Assembly: GCA_963422395.1 (NCBI GenBank)
Contig: OY729431.1
Span: 2,304,001-2,368,000, forward strand
Length of the DNA stretch: 64,000 bases
Source: Vicinamibacteria bacterium
GTDB taxonomy: Bacteria; Acidobacteriota; Vicinamibacteria; Marinacidobacterales; Marinacidobacteraceae
Reading direction: 5' to 3'
Every line of letters starts with the position of its first letter. Positions within the stretch are counted from its first letter, which is position 1. Below, piece after piece: positions 48,117 through 57,844 of the stretch. The translations under genes were made by a program, and so were the position numbers. The notes below the pieces were generated by a model. It was not told the DNA's origin. It searched no databases and was given only the letters and a program-made list of their open reading frames with translations.

Positions 48117-50186
48117 TCACGGGTCGGTCGCCCGCGCTGGGCCGCGGGTATGCCGGGCGAACCAGTCCAGCATGTAGAGCTGGGTGCGGATGAAGTTCGA
48201 GGGCTTCGAGCTGGTGCCGTGGTATTCCTCGTGGAAGCGAACCATCACGGTGGGAACCCCGAGCGCCTTGAGCGCCTGGTAGTACTCCTCGGTCTGGCTC
48301 ATCGGGGTACGGAGGTCGAGTTCGCCGGTCATCAGCAGCGTCGGGGTGGTGACCCGGTCCACATACATGAGCGGCGAGTGCTCGAGATACTTCTCGGCGT
48401 TGTCCCAGGGGAAGCCCTGGTAGCGGTGATAGCCCCAGCGCACGATGTCGGCGGTACCGGCGAAGCTCATCCAGTTGACCACCGGGCAGCGCACCGCAGC
48501 GGCGGCGAAGCGGTCCGTCTGGCCGATCACCCAGGAAGAGAGCACCCCGCCCCCGCTGCAGCCGGTGACATGCATGCGGCTCTCATCCACCGCCCCGCGG
48601 GCGACTACCGCGTCCACTCCGGCCATCAGGTCGTGGTAGTCCACGCTCGGATAGCCGTTGTCGATCGCGTTTCCGAAATCGGTTCCGTAGCCGGTGCTGC
48701 CGCGCGGGTTCGTGTAGAGGAGGAGGTAGTCGTTCGCGGCGAAGTTCTGGAAGGAGTTGTTGAAGCCCACGTTGTACATCCCGTGCGGCCCGCCGTGGAT
48801 GTGGAGCACGAGCGGGTACCGGCGGGAGGGGTCGAAGCCGGGCGGCTGGACGAGCCAGCCCTGGACCCGGGCGCCGTCCGTCGAGTCGTACCAGATCTCC
48901 TCCACCTCACCGAGCTGGATCCCGGCGAGCACATCCTCGTTGACCGCGGTGAGCTGCTTCGGGCGGCTCGGGTCGGCCAGCGGGAAGACCACCACCTCGG
49001 GCGGCTCTTGGAAGGAGGTCCGCACTCCGGCGGCGATCCCGGCCTTCGAGATCGTGTGCACGGTGAGCAGGTGGGTTCCCTCGGTCACCGGACTGGTCTC
49101 GCCGGCGAGCGAAGCCACATGCAGGTTACGGGAGCCCCGGTCGTCCGCAGTGAACCAGATCCGGTCGCTCTCGGGGGACCAGATCGGGTTCACGGCGTCG
49201 CGGTCGAGGCGGGAGGAGAGCGAACGCATCTCCGAGCCGTCGAAGCCGATCACCTGGAGATCGCTCACCCGGTAGGTCTGGGCGGTCCAACCGAACCCGG
49301 TGAAGGCGATGTGTTTCCCGTCCGGAGACACCACCGGCCCCGACCAGGGACCGCGTTCGCTGGTGATCTGGCGGATGGCGCCGGTCTCGAGGTCCACGAA
49401 GTGGATGTGCGACTCCCGGTAGCGGAGGTCAGCATCCTCGGCGCGCGCGGCGTCGAAGACGAGGCCGCTCCCGTCGGGCGCCCAGTCCATTCCAGTCCCG
49501 TAGTCGAGGCCGACCGCGCCCCGGGAACCGACATGCCACGCGCCCTCGGTCAGCTGGCGGGCCGCCCCGCCGTCCGCCGGAACGACGAACAGATGGCGAT
49601 AGCCCTCTTCGAGGAAGCCCACCCGGTCCTGGCGGAAGTGCATCTTGCGCACGATGCGGGGCGTCTTCGTCCACTCACCGCCTTCCGGGGGCGAGGGCAG
49701 CGAGGGCAGCGAGGGCAGCTCCCAGGTCTCCGGGGCCGGAACCATCCGGGTGAAGGCGATCCGCTGCGAGTCCGGCGACCAGTGGATGTCGCGCGGGCTC
49801 GGAGCGTTGCGGGTGATCTGCGAAGCGGCCCCCTCCTCGTCCATCCAGCGCACGAAGATCTGGGTACCGTCGTCGCCGGCATCCGCGAGGAACGCGATCC
49901 GGCTCCCGTCGGGCGACCAGACCGGCGACGAACCCCGGGTCAGGAAACGGTTCCGTCCGCCATCGGCGTCCACGATCCAGAGCTCCGAGACCCAGCGGTC
50001 CCGTTTCCGGTCCACCTGGCTGCGGGTGTAGAGGACCGCGGCGCCGTCGGGCGAGATCGCCGGGGCGCTCACCCGCTCCCAGTCGAGGATGTGGGAAGCG
50101 GCCAGCCGGTCTTCCCCGGCGGTCTCCTGCGGCGCGGCCGGGGCGGCGAAAACGAGCGTTACGAGCGCGATGGCTAGTACCGGCAT
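48117..50186 (-). CDS. S9 family prolyl oligopeptidase/acylaminoacyl peptidase, exported
   Basis: GGAGGAGG SD; WD40-like 'WSPDG' repeats; 'IHGGPH', GCSGG nucleophile, 'GELDLRTP', 'EYHG'. Confidence 0.93.
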   Translation of the reverse strand: MPVLAIALVTLVFAAPAAPQETAGEDRLAASHILDWERVSAPAISPDGAAVLYTRSQVDRKRDRWVSELWIVDADGGRNRFLTRGSSPVWSPDGSRIAFLADAGDDGTQIFVRWMDEEGAASQITRNAPSPRDIHWSPDSQRIAFTRMVPAPETWELPSLPSLPSPPEGGEWTKTPRIVRKMHFRQDRVGFLEEGYRHLFVVPADGGAARQLTEGAWHVGSRGAVGLDYGTGMDWAPDGSGLVFDAARAEDADLRYRESHIHFVDLETGAIRQITSERGPWSGPVVSPDGKHIAFTGFGWTAQTYRVSDLQVIGFDGSEMRSLSSRLDRDAVNPIWSPESDRIWFTADDRGSRNLHVASLAGETSPVTEGTHLLTVHTISKAGIAAGVRTSFQEPPEVVVFPLADPSRPKQLTAVNEDVLAGIQLGEVEEIWYDSTDGARVQGWLVQPPGFDPSRRYPLVLHIHGGPHGMYNVGFNNSFQNFAANDYLLLYTNPRGSTGYGTDFGNAIDNGYPSVDYHDLMAGVDAVVARGAVDESRMHVTGCSGGGVLSSWVIGQTDRFAAAAVRCPVVNWMSFAGTADIVRWGYHRYQGFPWDNAEKYLEHSPLMYVDRVTTPTLLMTGELDLRTPMSQTEEYYQALKALGVPTVMVRFHEEYHGTSSKPSNFIRTQLYMLDWFARHTRGPARATDP

Positions 50187-50344
50187 GAGATTCCTCCTCC
50201 TGACGGGTGTCGGGCCTCGCGGCGCTGCTCGACGATGGGACATCAGGCATCCGAGTGCGGTGTGCCCGGATGCGGGGTGCTCAGGCGCGGGGTGCCCGAA
50301 AGAGGCCTGGTCGGGCCGGGCGCCCGAAGCCGGCCGCTCCACGC

Positions 50345-50758
50345 TCACGGCGACTCGCCGAAAGCGGTCTCCAACATCTCCCGGTTGAAGCCGACCAGCA
50401 GCCGGTCTCCCACCCGCATGGAGGGAGCGCGCAGCTTGCCCGAGCGGCCGAGCAGCAGGTCGGTCGGGTTGGTGAAGCTGCCGACCATCGCCCCGGTCAG
50501 CGCAGCGTCGTGCGGGCGGTCGGCCGCCAGATCGAAACGCTGGACTTTCTGGCCCTTCGCGACGAGCAGCTCGCTCACTCCCTCGAGCAGCGCGAGCGCC
50601 TCCTCTCCCCGGATCGGCTGTCGGTTGGCGTTTTGGACCTCGCCGTCTTCGATACCGCGTTGCGCAAGGAACTCCTGCGCTCTCCGACAGCTCGTTCAAC
50701 CAGGGCGGTGATAGCGCCAGGTCAAGTTCGTTCGTCGATTCGCTTCGGCGGCAGCCAC
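50345..50758 (-). CDS. ArsC/Spx-like (glutaredoxin-fold) selenoprotein with in-frame UGA
   Basis: Two track ORFs share a frame and join across TGA 50698-50696: ...WRYHRPG-U-TSCRRAQEFL...GRSGKLRAPSMRVGDRLLVGFN. UxxC motif, SD upstream, SECIS-like hairpin downstream. Confidence 0.85.
50662..50680 (-). promoter_or_regulatory. Candidate bacterial SECIS element
   Basis: GCGCAGG-AGUUC-CUUGCGC hairpin begins 16 nt after the UGA. G is the second base of the apical loop. Confidence 0.65.
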
Positions 50759-50760
50759 GA

Positions 50761-51297
50761 TCACTCCTCCTCCACGCGGTCGTAGGTCGCACGGTTCACC
50801 CCGGTGATCCGGCCCTCGGCGTCCAGCCGGACATATTCGTTGTCGATCCGGTTTCCATCCTCGGAAAGGGTGTTGATGATGACCTGATAGACGACGCCGT
50901 TCCTCCGATTCGAGATCCGGGTGCTCCGCTCGTCCACCGGCTCGACCGCGGTCTCCGAATCGGCGAGGCCTTCCACCGAGCGGAACACCCCGTCGAACAT
51001 CGTCACATAGCTCCACACCGACTCGTTGCCCTCGGCGTTCGTGGCGGCCACCTCGATGCTCATCCCGCCGTCGCCGTGGGGCGCGTAGGTCATCACATTC
51101 CGATAGGGCGGCGGGTTGTCGGAGCGCAGCCTCCAGACCCCGAAGCGGGGCCCGGCGGGATCCGGAGCGGAGGGGCCCTGAACGGAAGAATTCCGAACCG
51201 GAGGATGGTTCCCGGCAACAGACTGCGCTACCAGGGGGAGCCCTGCCAGAACGACGGTAAAGGCGGTCGGGGCCGCGGCGAGCCGCGAGATGCGCAT
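50761..51297 (-). CDS. Hypothetical exported beta-strand-rich protein
   Basis: GAGGAGG SD; signal peptide ending LVAQ; 'RFGVWRL'; alternating beta-strand pattern. Confidence 0.72.
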   Translation of the reverse strand: MRISRLAAAPTAFTVVLAGLPLVAQSVAGNHPPVRNSSVQGPSAPDPAGPRFGVWRLRSDNPPPYRNVMTYAPHGDGGMSIEVAATNAEGNESVWSYVTMFDGVFRSVEGLADSETAVEPVDERSTRISNRRNGVVYQVIINTLSEDGNRIDNEYVRLDAEGRITGVNRATYDRVEEE

Positions 51298-51415
51298 GAG
51301 CGGGTCCTCCTCGAAGGGAATGGGCGATTCTGTCAGACCGCCGCCGGAATGCCCTCCGCGATTCCCGGCTGGTTCCCGGTATCGGTTTTCCGCCGGGCCG
51401 GGTCGCGCCCCGGGA

Positions 51416-53035
51416 TCAACGCTCCGGGAGGAGGGCTCGGCCGGCGAGAGCACCGGTGGCCTCGCCGTCCTCGATGGCGAATTCGCCGTTCACCAGCACA
51501 TGCACCGTCCCCTCGGAGTACCGGTGCGGGTCGTCGTAGGTCGCGCGGTCGCGGATGCGCTCGGGGTCGAGCACCGCGATGTCGGCTTTCTTCCCCTCGG
51601 CGAGAATCCCGCGGTCTTCGATCCCGAGGAACTCCGCGGCGAGGCCGGTCATGCTGCGGATCGCGAAGGGCATGGAGATCCGCTGCTGGTCGAGCACGAA
51701 GTCGCGGAGCTTCTTCGGGAACGCCCCGTTCACCCGGGGATGGCCGACCCGTGCGCCAGGCTCGAGGTCGCGGCCGTCGGTACAGGTCATCATCCAGTCC
51801 TGTTCCGCGAGGAAACCGGTGTTTTCCGGATCGTAGAGCCCGATGTTCATCACCGAGAGATTCCCCTCTTCGAGGATGCTGCGGGCGGCTTCGGGAGCGG
51901 GCACCCCCCATTCCGCCGCCACCTCGGCGAGGGTCTTTCCGTTGAGGCGGGGGCGCGGGTCGGAGAAGCGGATCTTCTCGGCGCCGCCCCGGATGGCGAG
52001 CATCTCCGCCGTCGCCTCGTCCAGGACGCGGGCGAGATCGGGGTCGGCGAAACGCGCGAGCATCGCCTCCCGACCGCCGGCGGCGGCCCAGCGGGGGACG
52101 GTGTAGGCGCGGAGGCTGGACTGGGTGGCGGTGTACACATGTTGGGCGGCGAAGACCGGGACGCCGCGCGCCCGCGCCGCCTCGACGAGCGCCGCCCCTT
52201 CGGGGGCGCGCCCGTAGTTCCGGGCGCCCTGCGCGTTGAAGTGGCTGAAGATGACTCTCGTTCCGGACTCTTCGCCGATCCGGATCGCCTCCCGGATCGA
52301 GGCCAGATAGCCGAACCCCGGGTAGGCGGCGCCGAGGTCGCGGTCGTGGGTGTCGTAGATACGGGGCTCGTACTCCGCCGCCACCCGGGCGAGCTCGATC
52401 ACCTCTTCGGTCTCCGCATAGCTGCCGGGGACATAGAAGAGGCCGGTGGAAAGCCCGAAGGCGCCCGCTTCGAGACCCTGGCGCACGAGCTCGCGCATCG
52501 CCTCGAGCTCCGCCGGAGTGGGCGCGCGGTCCTCCTCTCCGAGCACTCGGCGCCGCACCGCTCCGTGGCCCACATAGGTGAGCGCGTTGACTCCGATCCC
52601 GTGCCGTTCCCAACCCGCGAGCGTCTCCCGAACTTCGGGCGAGCCGCCGCCGTCCACTCCGAGCACGACGGTGGTGATCCCCTGGTAGAGGAACGGCAGC
52701 GCCTCCGAGGCCCATTCCTCCCCGAGCTGCGAGTGGGAGTGCATGTCGAAGAAGCCGGGGGCCACGAGCAGGCCGGCCGCCTCGAGGCTCCTCGCAGCGG
52801 TGACTCCGGCCTCCTCCGCGTTGCCGATGAAGACGATCTCGCCGCCCCGCACCGCGAGGTCGGCGACGAACGGATCCCCGCCGTTTCCGTCGTGGATCTC
52901 TCCACCCCGGATCAGCAGGTCGGCAGGCGGAGGACCGCAGCCAGCTGCGAAGAAGGCGGCAGCGAGGAGACTCGCGGCGAAGAAGACGACGGGCCGGATC
53001 GCTGGGTTTTCGAGAAGACAACGGGAAGTCGGCAT
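51416..53035 (-). CDS. N-acyl-D-amino-acid deacylase family amidohydrolase, lipoprotein
   Basis: AAGC lipobox; 'APGFFDMHSH', 'GLSTGLFYVPG', 'GHPRVNGAFP', 'RGILAEGKKADIAV'. Confidence 0.9.
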   Translation of the reverse strand: MPTSRCLLENPAIRPVVFFAASLLAAAFFAAGCGPPPADLLIRGGEIHDGNGGDPFVADLAVRGGEIVFIGNAEEAGVTAARSLEAAGLLVAPGFFDMHSHSQLGEEWASEALPFLYQGITTVVLGVDGGGSPEVRETLAGWERHGIGVNALTYVGHGAVRRRVLGEEDRAPTPAELEAMRELVRQGLEAGAFGLSTGLFYVPGSYAETEEVIELARVAAEYEPRIYDTHDRDLGAAYPGFGYLASIREAIRIGEESGTRVIFSHFNAQGARNYGRAPEGAALVEAARARGVPVFAAQHVYTATQSSLRAYTVPRWAAAGGREAMLARFADPDLARVLDEATAEMLAIRGGAEKIRFSDPRPRLNGKTLAEVAAEWGVPAPEAARSILEEGNLSVMNIGLYDPENTGFLAEQDWMMTCTDGRDLEPGARVGHPRVNGAFPKKLRDFVLDQQRISMPFAIRSMTGLAAEFLGIEDRGILAEGKKADIAVLDPERIRDRATYDDPHRYSEGTVHVLVNGEFAIEDGEATGALAGRALLPER

Positions 53036-53121
53036 CGCGCCGCAGTGTACGGATCGGCGCCGGCGGATCAGCAGATGCCGAATCCGGGAGAATCCCCGCG
53101 GGGATGGAGAGGAGTCGAACC

Positions 53122-54393
53122 GTGCCGCACCAAACCTCCTTCCGCTCGCCGCAGCTGCTGGCGGCTGCAGTCGCCGCTCTCGGCCTTGCCGCCGGGTTCG
53201 GCGTTCCCGCCGCTCTCGGGGCGGAGGACTGGCCGCAGTGGCGCGGGCCGGAGCGCGACGGATCGGCGCCGGGATTCCGGGTCCCGGAAGAGTGGCCGGA
53301 GGCGCTGACCCGGCGGTGGTCGGTGGACGTCGGATTCGGCTACGCCACGCCGGTCGTGGTCGAGGGGAACCTCTGGTCGTTCGTCCGGCAGGGCGGCGAG
53401 GAGGTCCTGTTGTCCCTTGATCCGGAAACCGGCGAAACCCGCTGGCGTTCGGGGTACGCGGCCCCCTTCGAGATGAGCCCCGCGACCCGGCGGCACGGAC
53501 CGGGGCCAAAGTCCACTCCCGCCTTCGCCGACGGCCGGCTGTTCGTCCACGGGATGACCGGATCGGTGACCGCCTTCGACGCGGCGACCGGAGAACGGCT
53601 CTGGCACGTGCCGGGAACCGGAGTGGAACCGCTCTACCACACGAGCGCGTCTCCGCTCGTCCACCGGGGACTGATCATCGTCCATGTCGGGGGCCACGAC
53701 GACGGCGCGCTGACCGCATTCGACGCGGCGACCGGCAAGGTGCGCTGGAGTTGGGACGGAGACGGACCCGCGTACGGTTCCCCCCAGCTGTTCGAGCTCG
53801 ACGGGGTGGAACAGGTGGTGGTCTTCACCCAGGAACACTTCGTGGGGGTCTCCTTCGAAAGCGGCGAGCTCCTCTGGAGCCGCCCGTTCACCACCCCTTC
53901 CACGACCACTTCCCAGACCCCGCTCCGCTTTCGCGAGCTGGTGATCCAGAACGGCCGCGGCAACGGAGTCACCGCCTTCCGCGCGGCGCGCAGCGGGAAC
54001 GGCTGGACGACCGACGAGGTGTGGCGGACCGAAGCCGTTTCGCTCCACATGGCGAATCCGGTGGTGGCCGAGGGAGTGATGTTCGGACTCTCGCACCTGA
54101 ACCGCGGCCAGTACTTCGGCCTCGATCTGGAAACCGGCGAAGTGCTCTGGACCAGCGCCCCGCGCCAGGCGGAACACGCCTCGCTGGTACGCGCCGGAAA
54201 CACGATCCTGTCCCTCGAGGAGAACGCCGAACTGGCGGTGTTCCGGGCCCGCCGGAGCGGTCTCGAAGAAATCCGGCGCTATCAGGTGGCGGACAGCGCG
54301 ACCTGGGCGCAACCCGCCCTCTCCGGCGACCGCATCTTCGTCAAGGACGTGTCGAACCTGACGCTCTGGACGACGACGAGCCCTTCCCGATGA
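53122..54393 (+). CDS. PQQ-like beta-propeller repeat protein, exported
   Basis: 'DWPQWRGPERDG', repeated 'AFDAATG..W', 'TWAQPA'. Confidence 0.88.
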   Translation: MPHQTSFRSPQLLAAAVAALGLAAGFGVPAALGAEDWPQWRGPERDGSAPGFRVPEEWPEALTRRWSVDVGFGYATPVVVEGNLWSFVRQGGEEVLLSLDPETGETRWRSGYAAPFEMSPATRRHGPGPKSTPAFADGRLFVHGMTGSVTAFDAATGERLWHVPGTGVEPLYHTSASPLVHRGLIIVHVGGHDDGALTAFDAATGKVRWSWDGDGPAYGSPQLFELDGVEQVVVFTQEHFVGVSFESGELLWSRPFTTPSTTTSQTPLRFRELVIQNGRGNGVTAFRAARSGNGWTTDEVWRTEAVSLHMANPVVAEGVMFGLSHLNRGQYFGLDLETGEVLWTSAPRQAEHASLVRAGNTILSLEENAELAVFRARRSGLEEIRRYQVADSATWAQPALSGDRIFVKDVSNLTLWTTTSPSR

Positions 54394-54516
54394 CCGCCGT
54401 CCCGAATCCACTCGCAGCGTCGATCCGCCCCCCGGTCCGCATCGCAGCGCGGCGGCCGGTCGTTGTCCGGCCCCTCGAGGGTGAGGTCGTTCCACTGCAC
54501 GTCGGCGCCTCGCTGC

Positions 54517-55917
54517 TCATCGCCCGCGGCGGTCCGCCAGCTCCTTCTGGCGGCGGCGGGAGACGCCCCCGAGAGCTTCCCGGGCGCGGCGGAGGCGCAT
54601 CCGGGTCAGAGCGCTGCCGAGCAGGACCATGGAGCCGAAGAGGGGCGTGGAGGACGCCGATCCGCTGAGCGCGAGATAGAGCGGCCGGGTGAACCGGCCC
54701 AGTCCGATTCCGAGCGAGTCGGCGACCGCCCGGAGCGCCCGGTGGACCCCCTCTTCGGTGAAGCCGTCCAGCTCCTCGAGCGCCCATTCGGCGAGCAGCA
54801 GCCACTCGGCCGCCTCTGCCGGCGCCCTTCCCCCGGCGAGGGCCTCGGCGTCCCGGCGGGGAACCTCGCCTCCCGCGAAGAGGAAACCGGCGAGCGGCGC
54901 GAAATCTCCCAGCGTCCGCATCCGGGGCTGCGCCAGCCTCGCCGCCGCTTCGAGGGTGCGGTCGTCGAATCTCCAGTCGCGCAGCAGTCGAGCGACGCCG
55001 GCGGCGTCGTGGTCCTCCCGGAGATAGCGGCCGTTCAACCAGGCCAGCTTTTCGGTGTCGAAGACCGCGCCCGCCAGCGAGATCGAAGTCAGCTCGAAGT
55101 TCGCGACGAAGGTTTCCCGATCGAACTTCTCCTCGCCCTCGGCGCGGGTCCAGACGAGCATCCCGAGGAAGTTGAGGAGCGCTTCCGGCAGAAAACCCGC
55201 CTGCCGATAGAAATCGATGGAGGTCGGGCTCTTCCGTTTGCTCAGTTTCGTGCGGTTCCGGTCGTCGTTCCGCAGCAGCGGGACATGCCAGAACGAAGGC
55301 GGCTCCCAACCGAGAGCTTCATAGAGCAGCAAGTGCTTCGGGAGCGAGGCGATCCATTCCTCGCCGCGGATCACATCGGAGATCTCCATCCGGTGGTCGT
55401 CCACCACATTCGCCAGGTGGTAGGTGGGGAAACCGTCGGACTTGAGCAGTACCGGGTCGTCCACCGAGGCCCAATCCTTCGTGAGCCCCGGGCGCAGCCG
55501 GTCGGGCAGCTCGACGCGCCCCGACGAGGGGGTGCGCAACCGGATCGCCGAAGCGCCGCCCGCTTCACCGCCGTGATCCCGGTAGGCCTTTCCGGCGGCG
55601 AGGAGCCTTTCCGCCGCCTCCCGGCAGGCATCCACCCGCTCGCTCTGGCGGTAGGGCGCGAACGGGCCGCCGCAGTCGGGTCCCTCATCCCAGTCGAGGC
55701 CCAGCCAGCGGAGCGAGCCGAGGATCGCCTCCTCCGAACTGCGGCGCGAACGCGCCCGGTCGGTGTCCTCGATCCGGAGCACGAACGCCCCGCCGTGCTT
55801 GCGCGCGAAGGCGTAGTTGAGGAGCGCCTGGTAAGCGGTCCCCACATGCGGATCCCCGGTCGGCGAGGGCGCGATCCGGGTGCGGACCGGGGCGCGCCCT
55901 CCGGTGGTCTCGGGCAC
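54517..55917 (-). CDS. gltX: Glutamate--tRNA ligase
   Basis: 'RTRIAPSPTGDPHVGT', 'LRIEDTD', 'PTYHLANVVDD', 'KLSKR'; C-terminal anticodon-binding domain present. Confidence 0.93.
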   Translation of the reverse strand: MPETTGGRAPVRTRIAPSPTGDPHVGTAYQALLNYAFARKHGGAFVLRIEDTDRARSRRSSEEAILGSLRWLGLDWDEGPDCGGPFAPYRQSERVDACREAAERLLAAGKAYRDHGGEAGGASAIRLRTPSSGRVELPDRLRPGLTKDWASVDDPVLLKSDGFPTYHLANVVDDHRMEISDVIRGEEWIASLPKHLLLYEALGWEPPSFWHVPLLRNDDRNRTKLSKRKSPTSIDFYRQAGFLPEALLNFLGMLVWTRAEGEEKFDRETFVANFELTSISLAGAVFDTEKLAWLNGRYLREDHDAAGVARLLRDWRFDDRTLEAAARLAQPRMRTLGDFAPLAGFLFAGGEVPRRDAEALAGGRAPAEAAEWLLLAEWALEELDGFTEEGVHRALRAVADSLGIGLGRFTRPLYLALSGSASSTPLFGSMVLLGSALTRMRLRRAREALGGVSRRRQKELADRRGR

Positions 55918-55954
55918 GCTGTACCGCGTGGGGCGTCCCTGCGTCTACCGCGGT

Positions 55955-57826
55955 TCAGACCGTCGCGTGGCGGTGGAACGCGACCCACTCCGCGACCAGG
56001 AGCAGGAGCGCGAAGAGGGCGAACAGGGGCCAGAGAGCCGGCGCTGGAGTCCCCGCCGCCGAAAGCGGAGCGGGCGGCTCATCGGCCCAGGCGGACCGGT
56101 TCAGGTCGGAGACCCGGCGGTCGAGCAGGCTCGCCGCCACCACGATCTCCCGTCCGCCGCCAGCGGCGTAGTAGAGCGAGGGCTCGGCGGCTTGGAAGGA
56201 GACCTCGGAACCGAGCCGGCGGGACGGCACCTCCCGCCCTTCGGCGTCGAAGATGGCCCCTGCCGCCAGTTCCATCCGAACCTGGCCCAATCCGGCGCGG
56301 CGGACCTCCACATCGGTCAACCAGCTGAGCGCACGCGAGACGAACACCGGGAAGTCGGGCTGGAGCGGCAGGTTGGACCCCGACAACGGGAACGCGAAGG
56401 CGAGCCCCCGGCGGGGGAGTTCACGGGCGGCCAGCAGACCGAGCTGCGCATCGCCCAGCAGCACCTCCCAGGAGCCTTCCGAGGAATCCTCGACTGCCCG
56501 AGCGTCGAAGCCGTCCACCTCCCGCGCGAGCGCGTCCGCGAAATCGAGGCCGCGGATCAGCGGGTGTTCCGCCTTTCCGGGCCGGACCGGCAGCGTCACC
56601 GCGGCGGCGCTGCCGGAGTCGTCTCCGCTGCCCGCCACCAGCCGGGCGGGAAGCCACTCCGCCGCCCCGGACCCGGCGAAGAGCACCGGGCCCGGCGGCG
56701 GTGTTGGGGGCGCGGCCCCCTCGATCACCCACAGGTCGAAGGCCTCCGGGTCCGGATTCGCCGGCGGGTCGGGCCGCGAGAGGCTCACCCGCTGGTCCAG
56801 CCGCAGCGCGGCCTCCCAGTACGGGCTCTCCTCACCGGCAAGCAGCACCCGCAGCCGGTTCCGCGAGGGGACATAGGAGTGGGCCACATCGTCGGCGGCC
56901 AGCGCGTCCTCTCCCGAGACCGCGATCACCGCGCGGACCGGGCCGGCGACGAAGCCGGTGAGGGACACCGTCTCGCCGAGGGGCGTCCCTTCCTCGACGC
57001 GAAGGGTCCGCCGGACGGATGCGCCGCCGGCGCCGTCGATCTGGAGCACGACGACGCCCGCGTCGGTCGACCCTCCGGCAGGAACCGCGCCGTCCGTCCT
57101 TCCGGCGCCGTGCCGGACGACTTCGAGGAACGCCTCGAAGCGCCCCGGGTCCGTCGGCAGCGACCGCACATCGAAGGCGGTGATCCCGGCGTTCGGAGCG
57201 GCCTCGAAGACCGAGATCCGCTCCACACCCTCGGGAGCTGCGGGCGCCATGACGCCGTCGCCGATGAAGATCACTTCCACTCCCGGCGTGCCCGCATCGG
57301 GTTCGAGAAGATCCGAGAGGTCGGGGAAGCGGTGCTCCGCCCCGTAGATCGGAGCGAGGTTTTCGAGGGCCTCGAGGGCGGCCCGCCGCCCGCTGAACGA
57401 GCGGCCCCCGCGCTGTCCGGCGGTGTCGAGCAGCAGGAACTCGCTCGCCTCGCCGCCGGAGGCGAGGATGCGCGCGGCCTGCCCGAAGGCCCGGTCCCAG
57501 CGGGTTTCCTCGGGTGTGACCGAGGCCGCCATGCTCGGCGAGTTGTCCATCACAAGCACCACTCGACCGGCCCGGCCGCCGGCGGGAATCGGCCGGGCCA
57601 GCGCCAGGGCGACCGCGATCGCGGCGGCGAGCGCGATCGCCAGCGAGATCAGCCAGCGCCAGAAGTCCTCCCGGTGCCTCCGCTCGTCGAGCACCCGCTG
57701 CCAGATGAGGTTCGAGGGCACCACCACCGGCTGGGGCTCGGGGCGCACCCAGTAGAGCAGCAGGACCACTCCGGCGGTCAGCAGCACCCCGAGGCCGGCG
57801 AGTAGCGGGGCGGCAGCGAATTCCAT
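55955..57826 (-). CDS. BatA-N plus vWA domain membrane protein
   Basis: 'LLLYW...VVPSNLIW', 'ALARP', MIDAS 'DNSPSM'; C-terminal TM 'LLVAEW'. Confidence 0.85.
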   Translation of the reverse strand: MEFAAAPLLAGLGVLLTAGVVLLLYWVRPEPQPVVVPSNLIWQRVLDERRHREDFWRWLISLAIALAAAIAVALALARPIPAGGRAGRVVLVMDNSPSMAASVTPEETRWDRAFGQAARILASGGEASEFLLLDTAGQRGGRSFSGRRAALEALENLAPIYGAEHRFPDLSDLLEPDAGTPGVEVIFIGDGVMAPAAPEGVERISVFEAAPNAGITAFDVRSLPTDPGRFEAFLEVVRHGAGRTDGAVPAGGSTDAGVVVLQIDGAGGASVRRTLRVEEGTPLGETVSLTGFVAGPVRAVIAVSGEDALAADDVAHSYVPSRNRLRVLLAGEESPYWEAALRLDQRVSLSRPDPPANPDPEAFDLWVIEGAAPPTPPPGPVLFAGSGAAEWLPARLVAGSGDDSGSAAAVTLPVRPGKAEHPLIRGLDFADALAREVDGFDARAVEDSSEGSWEVLLGDAQLGLLAARELPRRGLAFAFPLSGSNLPLQPDFPVFVSRALSWLTDVEVRRAGLGQVRMELAAGAIFDAEGREVPSRRLGSEVSFQAAEPSLYYAAGGGREIVVAASLLDRRVSDLNRSAWADEPPAPLSAAGTPAPALWPLFALFALLLLVAEWVAFHRHATV

Positions 57827-57844
57827 GGGAGCCCGCGGCGAAAG

